NCBI GenBank assembly: GCA_964519155.1
Contig: CAZFKA010000001.1
Coordinates: 7,759 to 57,824, forward strand
Length of the DNA: 50,066 bases
Reading direction: 5' to 3'
DNA from: an uncultured Bifidobacterium sp.
GTDB lineage: Bacteria; Bacteroidota; Bacteroidia; Chitinophagales; Chitinophagaceae
Both the position numbers and the translations under genes were made by a program. The notes under the pieces are model-generated. The model was not told where the DNA came from. It made no database searches and was given only the letters and a program-made list of their open reading frames with translations. This document shows positions 18,690-28,844 of this stretch, piece after piece (the first letter of the stretch is position 1; every line of letters begins with the position of its first letter).

Positions 18690-19334
18690 TTATCGCAGGT
18701 CGATCACTTCCACCTTGGGATACTTCTTGGCGTTGAAGATAAAAATATTATCTGCCAGCGCCGGATTAGGCGTGTATCCACTTACCGTATAGGCATAAAC
18801 ATTTCCATTTTTCTCATACATTTTACCACCGGCAACCACGCTATTGGCTTTGTCGATCATCAGTTCGATTTTGCTGTACTGTTTGCTTTTATTCGTGGGT
18901 GTCAAATTGATCACGTCTACTTTTTTACCACCGGCTGTTTGTTCACCCACATATTTATAGGAGTATTCTTTATCGTAAAAATTAGTAAACAATTTTGAAG
19001 GGGTAAATGAATTTTCTTTCGGATCGAAGCTGGTGATCTGCACTTCATTGCTTTCTTTGGTATAGGTCCAGATGGTTTTGGAATCGCAATATATTTCCTG
19101 ACCCGATAGTGTCACATAATACTTATCGCCCTTCATGTGTACCGTACCTTTTTTACTTTGTGGCTTGGCACCCTTTGCTCCGGCAATAGTGATGGAAAAA
19201 TTTGCTTTCAGCGATTGGAGGCTTTTTACTTTTTTGCTCACATTATCGAGAATTACTTTGGCTTTGGGATCGTTTTGTGCCTGCAAACTGTTTACGGTCA
19301 ATAAACATAACAGGGCTAAAATCATTTTTGTCAT
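18690..19334 (-). CDS. LolA-like outer-membrane lipoprotein carrier family protein
   Basis: 214 aa with a signal peptide (LALLCLLTVNSLQAQ). Its size and beta-rich pattern resemble Bacteroidota LolA-like proteins. Motif-level call only. Confidence 0.55.
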   Translation of the reverse strand: MTKMILALLCLLTVNSLQAQNDPKAKVILDNVSKKVKSLQSLKANFSITIAGAKGAKPQSKKGTVHMKGDKYYVTLSGQEIYCDSKTIWTYTKESNEVQITSFDPKENSFTPSKLFTNFYDKEYSYKYVGEQTAGGKKVDVINLTPTNKSKQYSKIELMIDKANSVVAGGKMYEKNGNVYAYTVSGYTPNPALADNIFIFNAKKYPKVEVIDLR

Positions 19335-19425
19335 CTGCGTATTTTTTGGCTTGTTTAAGGCTGCAAAGATGGAAAAAGATTTGTGAATAGCTTGTGAACT
19401 GCGTCTTTAGTTTCGATGCATATTG

Positions 19426-20223
19426 TTAAACCTTTTGAATAGTATAGTAGGCACAAGTGGTAACGAAATTCCGAAAGAAGGGGATGGCGCCTAACAGCCA
19501 GTACTGTTTGCGCGGTTTTAATCCAAATTTGAAACGATAGATCGGGTTAATCAGGAACCATTGTCGATTGACAATACTATATCCTGCACGACGGCAAATA
19601 CGCTCGAATCGTTCGATGGAAATGCCGGTGTCTTTTACTTCGAGTAATGCCGTTACATTGTGCTCACTTTCGCCGGCAGATTTCAACAGCCAACGATAAA
19701 CCGGCCTGGGCAGCAAATGGTAATAGGGCAGCTTGGAAGTCCATTTTTTTTGCGCGATTTGCTGATGCCCCCCAAAAGGCATATACCAAGGCGGAAATCC
19801 AAAAAAGATCTGTCCTTTTTCTTTCAGCATTTGCTTCATAAAGGGAATAAAGTCTTCCTGTCCATGAATATGTTCAATCACATCTTTTAAAATAATCAGG
19901 TCGAAGGAAGCCCCATATTTAGACAGAAATTCTTTATCGTAAACATTCTGATTCATGATTTCCATCCGTCCCTCAGCGATTTCATCTTTTAAAAAAATCA
20001 AGGCCAGATCGATCCGCAATTGGTCGAGGTCGACGCCCACACAAAAACAGCCTTTTTCGTAAAAGGCTTTCAAAACACCTCCTTCGCCGCAACCGATCTC
20101 CAACACACGCATTCCGGGCATCATCGGCAATGTCTGCTCCACAAAGGGCAATACATAATTGCGCGCATTATCAACCTGTTGATCAAAACGCATTTGATGA
20201 TTGCTATGGTGTTCGAGCGCCAT
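19426..20223 (-). CDS. Class I SAM-dependent methyltransferase
   Basis: 265 aa with the motif I sequence VLEIGCGEGG and a downstream acidic loop (VGVDLD). Confidence 0.75.
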   Translation of the reverse strand: MALEHHSNHQMRFDQQVDNARNYVLPFVEQTLPMMPGMRVLEIGCGEGGVLKAFYEKGCFCVGVDLDQLRIDLALIFLKDEIAEGRMEIMNQNVYDKEFLSKYGASFDLIILKDVIEHIHGQEDFIPFMKQMLKEKGQIFFGFPPWYMPFGGHQQIAQKKWTSKLPYYHLLPRPVYRWLLKSAGESEHNVTALLEVKDTGISIERFERICRRAGYSIVNRQWFLINPIYRFKFGLKPRKQYWLLGAIPFFRNFVTTCAYYTIQKV

Positions 20224-20248
20224 TTACTTTTTTGAATCGGCGAATATA

Positions 20249-21316
20249 CTAATTTTTATCCTGCTGTAGAGCATTCAGCAGATCGAATTGTGTCTTGATC
20301 GACTGATCGTGAATCAGTTCAAACAACTTTAAAATAAATGCGTCATTCAACTGATTTATACGGCCCCATTCCGATCGGCTTTCGATGATCTCACGCCAAC
20401 GTTCCTGTTGAAAGATCGCGATATTGTTGTCGATCTTAATTTGTCCGAGTTGCTTCACCAATTCCATTCTTTTACCAATTAAATCAACAACTTCGGCGTC
20501 CATGGTATCGAGAATTTGTCTGATTTGTTCTATTTCCTCTTGTACCGTATCGCAAGAACTTTGCCTGATAACCAATCCATCGAGTAAGGCGAACAGCTCT
20601 GCCGGCTTAATTTGTTGCTTGGCATCACTTAAGGCTTGGTCGGGGTTTGGATGGGTTTCGATCATGAGTCCGTCAAAATCAAGATCGAGGGCCCGTTGGG
20701 CGACAGACGCCAACAGGGTACGGTTGCCACAGATATGGCTGATATCGCAAAAAACAGGCAAATCGCGGTAACGTCTTTTTAATTCGATGGGTATCGCCCA
20801 ATTGGGCTTATTGCGATAAATAGAATGCGTGTCGTACGCTGAAAAACCCCTGTGAATAGCAGCAATACTTTGCACACCCCGTTGCATGAACCGTTCGACA
20901 GCCCCACTCCACAGTTCGATATCCGGATTGATTGGATTTTTTACCAATACGGCCACCCCACTACCCTGCAGGGCATCGGCGATCTCTTGTACCATAAAAG
21001 GATTAACCGTTGTACGGGCACCAATCCAAACGGCTGTCAACCCATAACGGAGGGCGAGTTCCACTTGTTCTTTATTGGCTACTTCCGTGCAAAATGCCTT
21101 TACACTTTGCGGCTGTAACTCCTGCATCCATTGAAGGGCAGCTTCACCGCGTCCCTCGAAATGCCCGGGTTTTGAGCGGGGTTTCCACACCCCTCCCCTG
21201 ATCATATGAATACGATCGTCTTGCAACGAATGTACGACCGATCGCAATTGTTCTTTGTCTTCAATACCACAGGGACCGGCAATAATATAGGGATCAGGTT
21301 GTGCGAAAATATTCAT
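20249..21316 (-). CDS. Bifunctional 3-deoxy-7-phosphoheptulonate (DAHP) synthase / chorismate mutase
   Basis: 355 aa. The N-terminal part is a type I-beta DAHPS/KDO8PS-like barrel (GGVWKPRSKPGHFEG, CDISH). The C-terminal ~90 aa form a helical CM type II-like segment (IRQILDTMDAEVVDLIGKRMELVKQLGQIK). Confidence 0.85.
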   Translation of the reverse strand: MNIFAQPDPYIIAGPCGIEDKEQLRSVVHSLQDDRIHMIRGGVWKPRSKPGHFEGRGEAALQWMQELQPQSVKAFCTEVANKEQVELALRYGLTAVWIGARTTVNPFMVQEIADALQGSGVAVLVKNPINPDIELWSGAVERFMQRGVQSIAAIHRGFSAYDTHSIYRNKPNWAIPIELKRRYRDLPVFCDISHICGNRTLLASVAQRALDLDFDGLMIETHPNPDQALSDAKQQIKPAELFALLDGLVIRQSSCDTVQEEIEQIRQILDTMDAEVVDLIGKRMELVKQLGQIKIDNNIAIFQQERWREIIESRSEWGRINQLNDAFILKLFELIHDQSIKTQFDLLNALQQDKN

Positions 21317-21387
21317 GAGTAGCGGTGGTTCATTTTTTTTGATTCATAAGATGGTTGGGCATTGTACGAGAACATGAGATATACAGC

Positions 21388-22161
21388 TTAAAAACTCAAG
21401 GGACTGGCAATGCCTTTGTAGCCTACCAGATCCATTTTCAATGAACCAAAAAGAATATCAGCTTTTGCCCTGATCGGAATATGGTTGACATCATCTGTCA
21501 GCCACACGATCATGTCTTCTTCGTGTTTAAATACACGGCCTTTTTGCAAGACCGGTACAAACTTCAAACACTTGATACGTCCCCATTCACTTTTGATCGT
21601 TTCCTTTCCTTTGAATTTAATTTGCAGATTATACATTTCCCCATCCACAATGGTCGGAACCGAAAACAATTGACCTTCTTTCGCATTGCCAAGATCGAGC
21701 GTACGCGCATAAAAAAAGCCCGAGATCATATCTTGTGTATTCGCCCAGATATCGACCATTTTTCCATTCGCACTAACTTTTTTTTGTCCATGGTAAAAAA
21801 TATAATCCTGTGAAGTTTTATATCCCCCTTCATCTACGCGGCGACCAAAAAACCAGGGAATGATAGCCTCTTCGTCAAGATAGGTTTCGTAACGGTCGCG
21901 GATCTTGAAAAAGAAATCAAAACTGCCTTTCGATTTTCCGATACCCACAATATGGAAGGTATTTCGGTCGGCAAACTTCTTATTTTCTTCGGTAATTTCA
22001 ATCGTAGCGATGGCTGCGTCAATGAAACCGTAATGAATACGGTAGGTGAGTTTCTCCCCTCTTTTAAATGCATTATTCTGTACTTTACGGTATTGTGCTT
22101 GTGTATGCAACGTAACACCCATTACAATGAGGAAACTGAGATAAACCGGAATTTTCTTCAT
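21388..22161 (-). CDS. Secreted DUF3108-like protein
   Basis: The preferred start is ATG 22161 (MKKIPVYLSFLIVMGVTLHTQAQ is a signal peptide). The track start at 22194 adds 11 aa. The family call is by resemblance only (GEKLTYRIHYGFIDAA...). Confidence 0.5.
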   Translation of the reverse strand: MKKIPVYLSFLIVMGVTLHTQAQYRKVQNNAFKRGEKLTYRIHYGFIDAAIATIEITEENKKFADRNTFHIVGIGKSKGSFDFFFKIRDRYETYLDEEAIIPWFFGRRVDEGGYKTSQDYIFYHGQKKVSANGKMVDIWANTQDMISGFFYARTLDLGNAKEGQLFSVPTIVDGEMYNLQIKFKGKETIKSEWGRIKCLKFVPVLQKGRVFKHEEDMIVWLTDDVNHIPIRAKADILFGSLKMDLVGYKGIASPLSF

Positions 22162-22205
22162 GGCAGATTGATTAAACCAAATACGAAAATGCACTTTTTA
22201 GCGGA

Positions 22206-23348
22206 TTATTTTCTTTTCGCAAAGTTAAATAATGTAAAATCGTTGTGGTAGGTGAAATAGACTGCATAATTGTACTCAAACAAGGCATTTCCCAGATCAT
22301 AGTAGGGTTCAAACCGCACATCTACATTGACGGCATCAAATACTTTGTGGGCATATTGCAAACGAAAAAACAATAGCCGGCGAACAGGCTCCACGTATCC
22401 TTTTTTGCCATACGGCGATGCTTCAGACTGAAACAAAAAGCCTCCTCTGGGTGATGCATAATGGTTTCCATGCCAAAAACCTACCGATGCAGCGATATCG
22501 AAACGGGAAATTGCCGTTGCATTCAGGTATAAGGCGTAGCCCCCTTTGTAAATGGATTGTGCGGTAGGCGGCAACGCTTTGAAAGCAACCAAATAATTTT
22601 CCGTTTTAAAAGATTGTATAAAACTCTCCTTTTCAGGGCTGGTTAATTGCCAGGTAAATCCTATAACTGCATTGGCTGTCGATTTCAAGGGGGTCGTATC
22701 GATGTCGATTTGCCCGCCCCTATGGGCCACCAGAAACTGTATCGGTAAGCTGAGTGTAGAAGCGCCTTTCTGCAAGAGAGTAATGTCAGAATGATGGCCC
22801 ACAGAAAATTGTTCCTGATAGTTTGAACCGAGATATTGCATCACCTCCCAGTTGATCCAGGTATCGCTCCAAATCTTTGCCCGGTCGATCTTGATCTGCA
22901 AACCACTTTCGAGCGGCTCTGTAATAAATCGCTCATAGTTATATACCGGTTCGATCATGCGATGCGAAAAATTACCTTCCAGATTGCCAAACAAAACGGA
23001 ATACCCATTCTGCTGAATTTTGCAACTCAGTATGGGGCGTACCTTCAGTCCGGTATCGTTGCCAAAATCTTTTTGCAAAAAAACGCCGGTCTGTATACGG
23101 ACATTTTCATTGGGCTGATAGGCCAGTTGGGTACCCATTTGGGAGCCCATTAGGGTATATCCTTTGATGATATTGCCGAAGTACTCGTTGTTTTTGAAAA
23201 AATTATTCGATTGCACACTCAGCATTAGTTGTTGCCTGAGGGTATCGGCTACAAATATGTGATTTTCGAGCAATCGGTTGTTGATTTGCGCAAATACCAA
23301 ACAAGGGAAACCGTATGCCAAAAAAAGCAGGATATACCTTTTATTCAT
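22206..23348 (-). CDS. Hypothetical outer-membrane beta-barrel-like protein
   Basis: 380 aa with a signal peptide (ILLFLAYGFPCLVFAQ). It has an alternating aromatic pattern and a C-terminal aromatic-rich end. Confidence 0.5.
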   Translation of the reverse strand: MNKRYILLFLAYGFPCLVFAQINNRLLENHIFVADTLRQQLMLSVQSNNFFKNNEYFGNIIKGYTLMGSQMGTQLAYQPNENVRIQTGVFLQKDFGNDTGLKVRPILSCKIQQNGYSVLFGNLEGNFSHRMIEPVYNYERFITEPLESGLQIKIDRAKIWSDTWINWEVMQYLGSNYQEQFSVGHHSDITLLQKGASTLSLPIQFLVAHRGGQIDIDTTPLKSTANAVIGFTWQLTSPEKESFIQSFKTENYLVAFKALPPTAQSIYKGGYALYLNATAISRFDIAASVGFWHGNHYASPRGGFLFQSEASPYGKKGYVEPVRRLLFFRLQYAHKVFDAVNVDVRFEPYYDLGNALFEYNYAVYFTYHNDFTLFNFAKRK

Positions 23349-23386
23349 AGGGGGTAAAGATAAGTTGTATTAGTCAAAATGGGTAT

Positions 23387-24598
23387 TTACAATGCGGCAC
23401 CCAGTAGCAGCCATCCAATTACAATGAAGGGTGCCGGAATTTTCGAGAACAATAAGATCGAAAATGTGATCGCGACCACCACCAGATTGGTCCACGCAAA
23501 AGGTTCTATCGAACGGAAGAGTACATAACCTGAAGCCCACATAACCCCAACGATCACTGCATGGATTCCTTCGAGCGCTCTGAAGATAACGGTATACTGC
23601 TTCAAATTTTGATAAATCGGAAAAAAGAAAAACAACAGCATCACACTCGGCAAAAATACACCGACAGTGGCTACTACAGCACCGGTAAACTGTGATTGCA
23701 AACCAAATTCGCTCATACTCATGGCTCCAACATAGGTACAGATAGAAAACACAGGGCCGGGAATTGCGTTCACCATTCCGGCACCGGTCAGAAATTCGGA
23801 AGTACTGAGATACGGACCCATATGCAAATGTTCGGGGCGGATCACGTACTGTTCGTACATCAAGGGCAAGAGTCCGTGGCCACCTCCGAAGACGATGCTC
23901 CCGAACCGATAAAAATTTTCGAACAAATTAAATATTCTGGCACTTTGCCAATGCTGGATGCGCGCCAATTCCGACAAAATACCGGCCACCAGAAACACCA
24001 TCAAAAACCCCCACAGGTTTACCCAGGCGATCGGCTTCTTCTTGGTTTGTATAGCGGGTATGCGTTTATTGCTGAAGTTTGAAACGACACCGCCACATAC
24101 GATAAGTACCGGAAATACCCAAGGGGAACGGAGAAAAACGGTAATAAACATGGCAACCAGCATTATCGAAAAAGTAGCCACATGCTTTACGCTGATGCGC
24201 ATAGAAATATAGGCCGCAAAAATCAGAAATCCCACGGCCATGGGCTGTACATACCGAAACAAATTGGTTTGAATATTTTTTGACCCAAAATACACGACCA
24301 GAAACGAAAGCCCCCCCATCATGAGTGCAGCAGGCAATATCCAAATCAACAAGGTGACCAGCGCCAAAGAAACACCGCCCCTTTTATAGCCAATTAGGGT
24401 AATGGTTTGCGTAGAAGAAGGCCCGGGTAACATCTGACAAAATGAAAGATAATCGATGAGTTCATCACGGGTGATATCATTTCGCTTTTCTACAAAGGTT
24501 TTCATCATCATACCAATATGTCCCTGCGGACCACCAAAGGCGGTGAGCGAGTATTTCAACACTTCTTTGAGGAAGGGAATATGCCGGTATAAATTCAT
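23387..24598 (-). CDS. chrA: Chromate ion transporter (CHR family)
   Basis: A duplicated CHR domain with FGGPQGHIGMM and a second-half FGGGHGLLPLM. The track start is TTG 24619, but ATG 24598 (MNLYRHIPFLKEV) is preferred. Confidence 0.85.
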   Translation of the reverse strand: MNLYRHIPFLKEVLKYSLTAFGGPQGHIGMMMKTFVEKRNDITRDELIDYLSFCQMLPGPSSTQTITLIGYKRGGVSLALVTLLIWILPAALMMGGLSFLVVYFGSKNIQTNLFRYVQPMAVGFLIFAAYISMRISVKHVATFSIMLVAMFITVFLRSPWVFPVLIVCGGVVSNFSNKRIPAIQTKKKPIAWVNLWGFLMVFLVAGILSELARIQHWQSARIFNLFENFYRFGSIVFGGGHGLLPLMYEQYVIRPEHLHMGPYLSTSEFLTGAGMVNAIPGPVFSICTYVGAMSMSEFGLQSQFTGAVVATVGVFLPSVMLLFFFFPIYQNLKQYTVIFRALEGIHAVIVGVMWASGYVLFRSIEPFAWTNLVVVAITFSILLFSKIPAPFIVIGWLLLGAAL

Positions 24599-24691
24599 TT
24601 GACTGGAAAGATAGTACAAGCCGCTAAAAAATTACAACCTAAGGCCGAATTCCTGCCATCCTCAGCACAATTTCACTACGCAATAGGGGTA

Positions 24692-25354
24692 CTACTCGAT
24701 CACAAATGTTGTAGACTCCAGGGTTTTATACGTGTTGTTGTTACCGATCACTTTTACTTTGTCAAAACGAAGTTTATCGCCTTTGCTCAGTTTTGTAAGC
24801 AACTCCTGATAATCGGCATTGCTTTTCAAATCGCCATTGCGAATATTGATGATATACTTATCACCGGAATTTTGTGGTTTGCAACTGAGCTCACATACGA
24901 TATTATAATTCAGTTTGGTTTGAAATTCGCGGTCGTCTAGGGCTAGCCGGCCTACGGTTTTCAACTCTACGAGCGATATCTTTCCATTACTCCGCATTCC
25001 CAGACGCAGACGCGCCACATCGGGAACAGGAACCGTTTTGTAGTTCATCGGAAAAACGATATTTTTTTGCAACTTGCCATCCTTGACCCAATTGTATGAA
25101 AACTGAATTCCATTGACGGAAGGAGTTTTGATATGAAAATGGAAAGTGGTATCGGTCAGTCTGTCTATTTTACCCTCTTTAGAGGTTATGGATAAAATTT
25201 TGACCCCACCTGTATTCTGGATCAGAAAAAAATTATTGATTCCCATATAGACCAGCGGTTCATCAGGCTTCTTCATATTCGGTTGTATAAATCGCACTTG
25301 TGCAAACGCCAGACATGGGTAAAAGAAGACCAGCAGAAACAAAATCTTTTTCAA
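24692..25354 (-). CDS. Hypothetical secreted protein
   Basis: 220 aa. The apparent start is TTG (25354..25352), followed by a good signal peptide (KKILFLLVFFYPCLAFAQ). No family recognised. Confidence 0.5.
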   Translation of the reverse strand: MKKILFLLVFFYPCLAFAQVRFIQPNMKKPDEPLVYMGINNFFLIQNTGGVKILSITSKEGKIDRLTDTTFHFHIKTPSVNGIQFSYNWVKDGKLQKNIVFPMNYKTVPVPDVARLRLGMRSNGKISLVELKTVGRLALDDREFQTKLNYNIVCELSCKPQNSGDKYIINIRNGDLKSNADYQELLTKLSKGDKLRFDKVKVIGNNNTYKTLESTTFVIE

Positions 25355-25496
25355 CGCATTTCAATTTAAAAGGTGCGCTAAAATACTAAAAATGTATCAC
25401 ATCATGGGGTATCCGTGATTGATTTTCGGGTTCGAGTAGCGATGACGGGTGGCCACTGGTTTGGTAAACGACAGATGAATATGTACTTTTGTCAGT

Positions 25497-26444
25497 ATGC
25501 GAAATATTAAAATCATTGAAGTGAAATCGGAAATCGGTGCCGGCACCCGTGGTGCAAGTCTGGGTATTGATGCACTGAAAATTGCCGCTCTCGATTTCAT
25601 GAGTAACTTTTTTGTCAATTTTCCGAGTGATGTTGTTGAAACGGAAAACAACCTGCTGTATGAACCCGTTGAGAGTCCGTATGCGAAACGTATAAAGGGT
25701 GTAAAAATTATTTACGAACGTGTCGCCAAAGCAGTAGAATCGAATTTGAAATCCGGCTTGTTTCCCTTAGTACTTGCCGGAGATCACAGCAGCGCAGGGG
25801 GGACCATCGCCGGTATTAAAATGGCAAAACCCAACAGACGTTTAGGGGTGATTTGGATCGATGCCCACTCTGACATTCACTCGCCGTATACCACGCCCAG
25901 CGGCAATATGCATGGCATGCCGCTTGCGGTTTCGCTAGGCGAAGACAATCTCGACTGTCAGGTTCATCAGCCCGACGCCCAAACGATCAAACATTGGGAC
26001 GAACTAAAAAATTTGGGGAATATTTGCCCGAAAATATTACCTGAAGATATTGTGTTCATTGCAGTACGGGATACCGAAAAAGAAGAAGATTATATCTTAA
26101 AAAAACTGGGGATAAAAATCATTCCGGTTTCTGAAGTGCGTAAGAAAGGTGTCGAACACGTAGTTCGGCAGAGTTTACTGACCTTGCAACAATGCGATGA
26201 TATTTATGTTTCCTTTGATGTCGATAGTCTAGACAGCAGCATTTCGCGAGGTACGGGTACGCCGGTGCCTAACGGACTGAAAGAACGGGAAGCAGAAGAC
26301 TTGTTGGCTAGTCTTATGCAAAATCATAAAATTTGTTGCTTCGAGATCACGGAAGTAAATCCTACGCTTGACAAGGAAAATCTCATGGCTGAAATTGCCT
26401 TCAATATTTTGCAACGCAGTGTGAATATTTTATTGATGAACTAA
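25497..26444 (+). CDS. Arginase/agmatinase/formiminoglutamase-family metallohydrolase
   Basis: 315 aa with ureohydrolase metal motifs (AGDHSSAGG, WIDAHSDIH, SFDVDSLD). Confidence 0.8.
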   Translation: MRNIKIIEVKSEIGAGTRGASLGIDALKIAALDFMSNFFVNFPSDVVETENNLLYEPVESPYAKRIKGVKIIYERVAKAVESNLKSGLFPLVLAGDHSSAGGTIAGIKMAKPNRRLGVIWIDAHSDIHSPYTTPSGNMHGMPLAVSLGEDNLDCQVHQPDAQTIKHWDELKNLGNICPKILPEDIVFIAVRDTEKEEDYILKKLGIKIIPVSEVRKKGVEHVVRQSLLTLQQCDDIYVSFDVDSLDSSISRGTGTPVPNGLKEREAEDLLASLMQNHKICCFEITEVNPTLDKENLMAEIAFNILQRSVNILLMN

Positions 26445-26567
26445 TTTGTCGATCAAACCGAAAAGCGGGAATAGACCCTAAGCAAAAAAAAAATGTGTTT
26501 CTTTGCCTCAGGCATTTCGCTGATCGATCGCTACGAAAAAAAAAACGGACAGTTAAAACAAAAAAAA

Positions 26568-27623
26568 ATGACAGAAGAATTATTGGGCTATTTACGTTGT
26601 CCGGTTACCCGCGAACCATTGAAGATGCAGGTGATCGACACCGGAAAAAAGATGTATGATGGCGTGGAAAAAGAAATCGTACGGCATGCTTTGTTGAGAA
26701 GTAGCGATTGTTTATACCCTGTCATCGATGGTATACCCCGTTTGACGGTGGAAGCGTTTATCGACTATGAAACCTTCTTGGCGAAATATGCCGATGATTA
26801 TAGTGCGGTGAAACAAAACATGCACAGCAAATACGAAGGCTTATTGAAATTTGTACTGAAAAAAAACCGGCGAACGAAAAAAAGTTTCTCGCAGGAATGG
26901 GGCTTATTTAATTATGAAGAAGACAAAGTGTGGGATGCCGATACCGAGGGCATGTTGAAACGTTTTTTACAGGAAAATGATGAAACAAAAGAAAGCCTGG
27001 CCGGAAAACTCATACTTGATGCCGGATGTGGCAATGGATTACTCAATCAATCGGTAGCAGCCTGTGGAGCCACCATCATCGGAATGGATTTCAGTCAGAG
27101 TATCGAACGGGCATTTGAAAAAAATAATCGTTCGGGTGCAATGTTCATTCAAGGTGATGTGCAGTTTCCACCGATCGCTTTTTCAGTCTGCGATATCGTA
27201 CACAGCAGTGGTGTACTGATCTGTACGACGAATTCTGAACTAACTTTTTCTTGTCTTGAACCGTGTGTGAAACCCGGAGGCAAAATCAGTGTCTGGCTAT
27301 ACCACCCCGTCAAAGGATTTATCCATAACCTGTTTAATTTTTTAAGAGAGTACACATCGAAGTTGCCTTTGAAATTTCAGTACTATTTGTATTCGGTTAC
27401 TTTGTTGCCCATTTCCTATATCATTAAACGGGCAAAAGGCAATAAGCAAAACCGACGGGAAATGATGATTGACATCCTCGATTGGTTTTCACCGGAGTTC
27501 AGGTGGGAACATGCACATGATGAAGCGGGCATCTGGTATACCAAACGCGGTTACTCGAGGGTTACAGTGACGACCAATGAATTATTCGGTTTCAATATTA
27601 TCGGGTATAAACCCATTATGTGA
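26568..27623 (+). CDS. SAM-dependent methyltransferase with N-terminal Trm112-like segment
   Basis: The preferred start is ATG 26568 (MTEELLGYLRCPVTREPL, Trm112-like). Motif I is ILDAGCGNGLL. The track start at 26493 would add 25 aa encoded mostly by poly-A tracts. Confidence 0.7.
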   Translation: MTEELLGYLRCPVTREPLKMQVIDTGKKMYDGVEKEIVRHALLRSSDCLYPVIDGIPRLTVEAFIDYETFLAKYADDYSAVKQNMHSKYEGLLKFVLKKNRRTKKSFSQEWGLFNYEEDKVWDADTEGMLKRFLQENDETKESLAGKLILDAGCGNGLLNQSVAACGATIIGMDFSQSIERAFEKNNRSGAMFIQGDVQFPPIAFSVCDIVHSSGVLICTTNSELTFSCLEPCVKPGGKISVWLYHPVKGFIHNLFNFLREYTSKLPLKFQYYLYSVTLLPISYIIKRAKGNKQNRREMMIDILDWFSPEFRWEHAHDEAGIWYTKRGYSRVTVTTNELFGFNIIGYKPIM

Positions 27624-28751
27624 TCAGGAGATCATTTTAAGGTAGATGTCGTAGAATTTTCGTCCGACAGACTCGTAGGAATATTGGGCAGAAGCATCTT
27701 CTGCAATCTTTTTCAAATCATAGGCCGAATATGTATCAATCAGTTGATTCATTTTGACAAAGAGATCGTGGTTGTCACGTGTATTCACCTTTAGCCCGTT
27801 ATGTGCTGCAACCAACTCTTTTACCCCACCAACATTGGTTACAATAGCCGGTCGTCCGCTGCACAGGGCTTCCAATACCACACATGACTGACTTTCGGTA
27901 TCACTGAAAATGATCAGTGCGTTCGATTGACTAATTTCCTGAGCGACACCGATATAGGGCACTATTCCTTTAAAATAAACAACGGAATTGAGTAATTTCT
28001 TTTCGAAAGCCAGATCCACATATTCCTGCTTGATCTCCCCAACGATCACGATCTCAAAATCTTGTCGTGTTTGCCAGAGCATTGCAGCAGTGTCGATTAT
28101 ACCTCGAATATTTTTGAGGGGAATCATATTGGAAATATGAATAAATCGGAATTTACCTCCAGCGGGCGGTTCAGAAAATTTAAACAGTTGGGTGTCCACC
28201 ACATTCGACACCACCGTATACAATTTTTGGGCAACAAGGGCATTCATGTCTTCTCCCAAACTTCTGCTTACTGTGGTTAGTACTTCTGCCTGTTGCACAA
28301 CCAAACGCGTAAAAAATTTAAACCATGCACTGCGAGAAGCATATTCATCGTCGAGCAGGTCGTTGTAAATACCATAATGTTCGGAAACCAAATAAGGAAT
28401 ACCGAAGAAACACTTGTAGGCAACTGCTACAACGCCGGCCTTAAACGGAATCTGCACATGTACAAGAGCGGGTTTACCGTTGCGCTTTTTGTATGCCCTG
28501 ATGAATGAAAGATGAACCTGTGCATAGGTTAGAAAATTGGTAAAATCGGCTCCTTTGACGCGGTAATAAATGTGTTCGGTCAGGCGATCATTGACACGGC
28601 TTGCCACATATTGTTCCCGTTGACAAAAAACCACGTGCACAACTTCGATATCGGCAAAAGCTGATACAGCAATGGCTTGACGACGGATAAAATCACCGGT
28701 AAATTCATCTTCGGCATTGGGGTACCAACTGCAAAGCCAGATCGTTTTCAT
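27624..28751 (-). CDS. Glycosyltransferase family 4 (GT-B fold)
   Basis: 375 aa with the C-terminal E-x7-E-type region VVLEALCSGRPAIVTNVGGVKELV. Its stop abuts the convergent methyltransferase stop (TGA|TCA at 27621-27626). Confidence 0.85.
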   Translation of the reverse strand: MKTIWLCSWYPNAEDEFTGDFIRRQAIAVSAFADIEVVHVVFCQREQYVASRVNDRLTEHIYYRVKGADFTNFLTYAQVHLSFIRAYKKRNGKPALVHVQIPFKAGVVAVAYKCFFGIPYLVSEHYGIYNDLLDDEYASRSAWFKFFTRLVVQQAEVLTTVSRSLGEDMNALVAQKLYTVVSNVVDTQLFKFSEPPAGGKFRFIHISNMIPLKNIRGIIDTAAMLWQTRQDFEIVIVGEIKQEYVDLAFEKKLLNSVVYFKGIVPYIGVAQEISQSNALIIFSDTESQSCVVLEALCSGRPAIVTNVGGVKELVAAHNGLKVNTRDNHDLFVKMNQLIDTYSAYDLKKIAEDASAQYSYESVGRKFYDIYLKMIS

Positions 28752-28844
28752 CGGTGGTGAAATTAGTCCCGGATCGGCAAAAATTCTAAAAAAATGATCC
28801 GCTTTTTGTAAACTGACTATCGTTGTTATACCCGGGCTCCTTTT

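Noticed and set aside
27621-27626. Convergent methyltransferase and GT4 genes end stop-to-stop in the palindrome TGATCA.
   Set aside because: This is a curiosity of tight packing. There is no hairpin or other structure around it, and no functional implication I can support.
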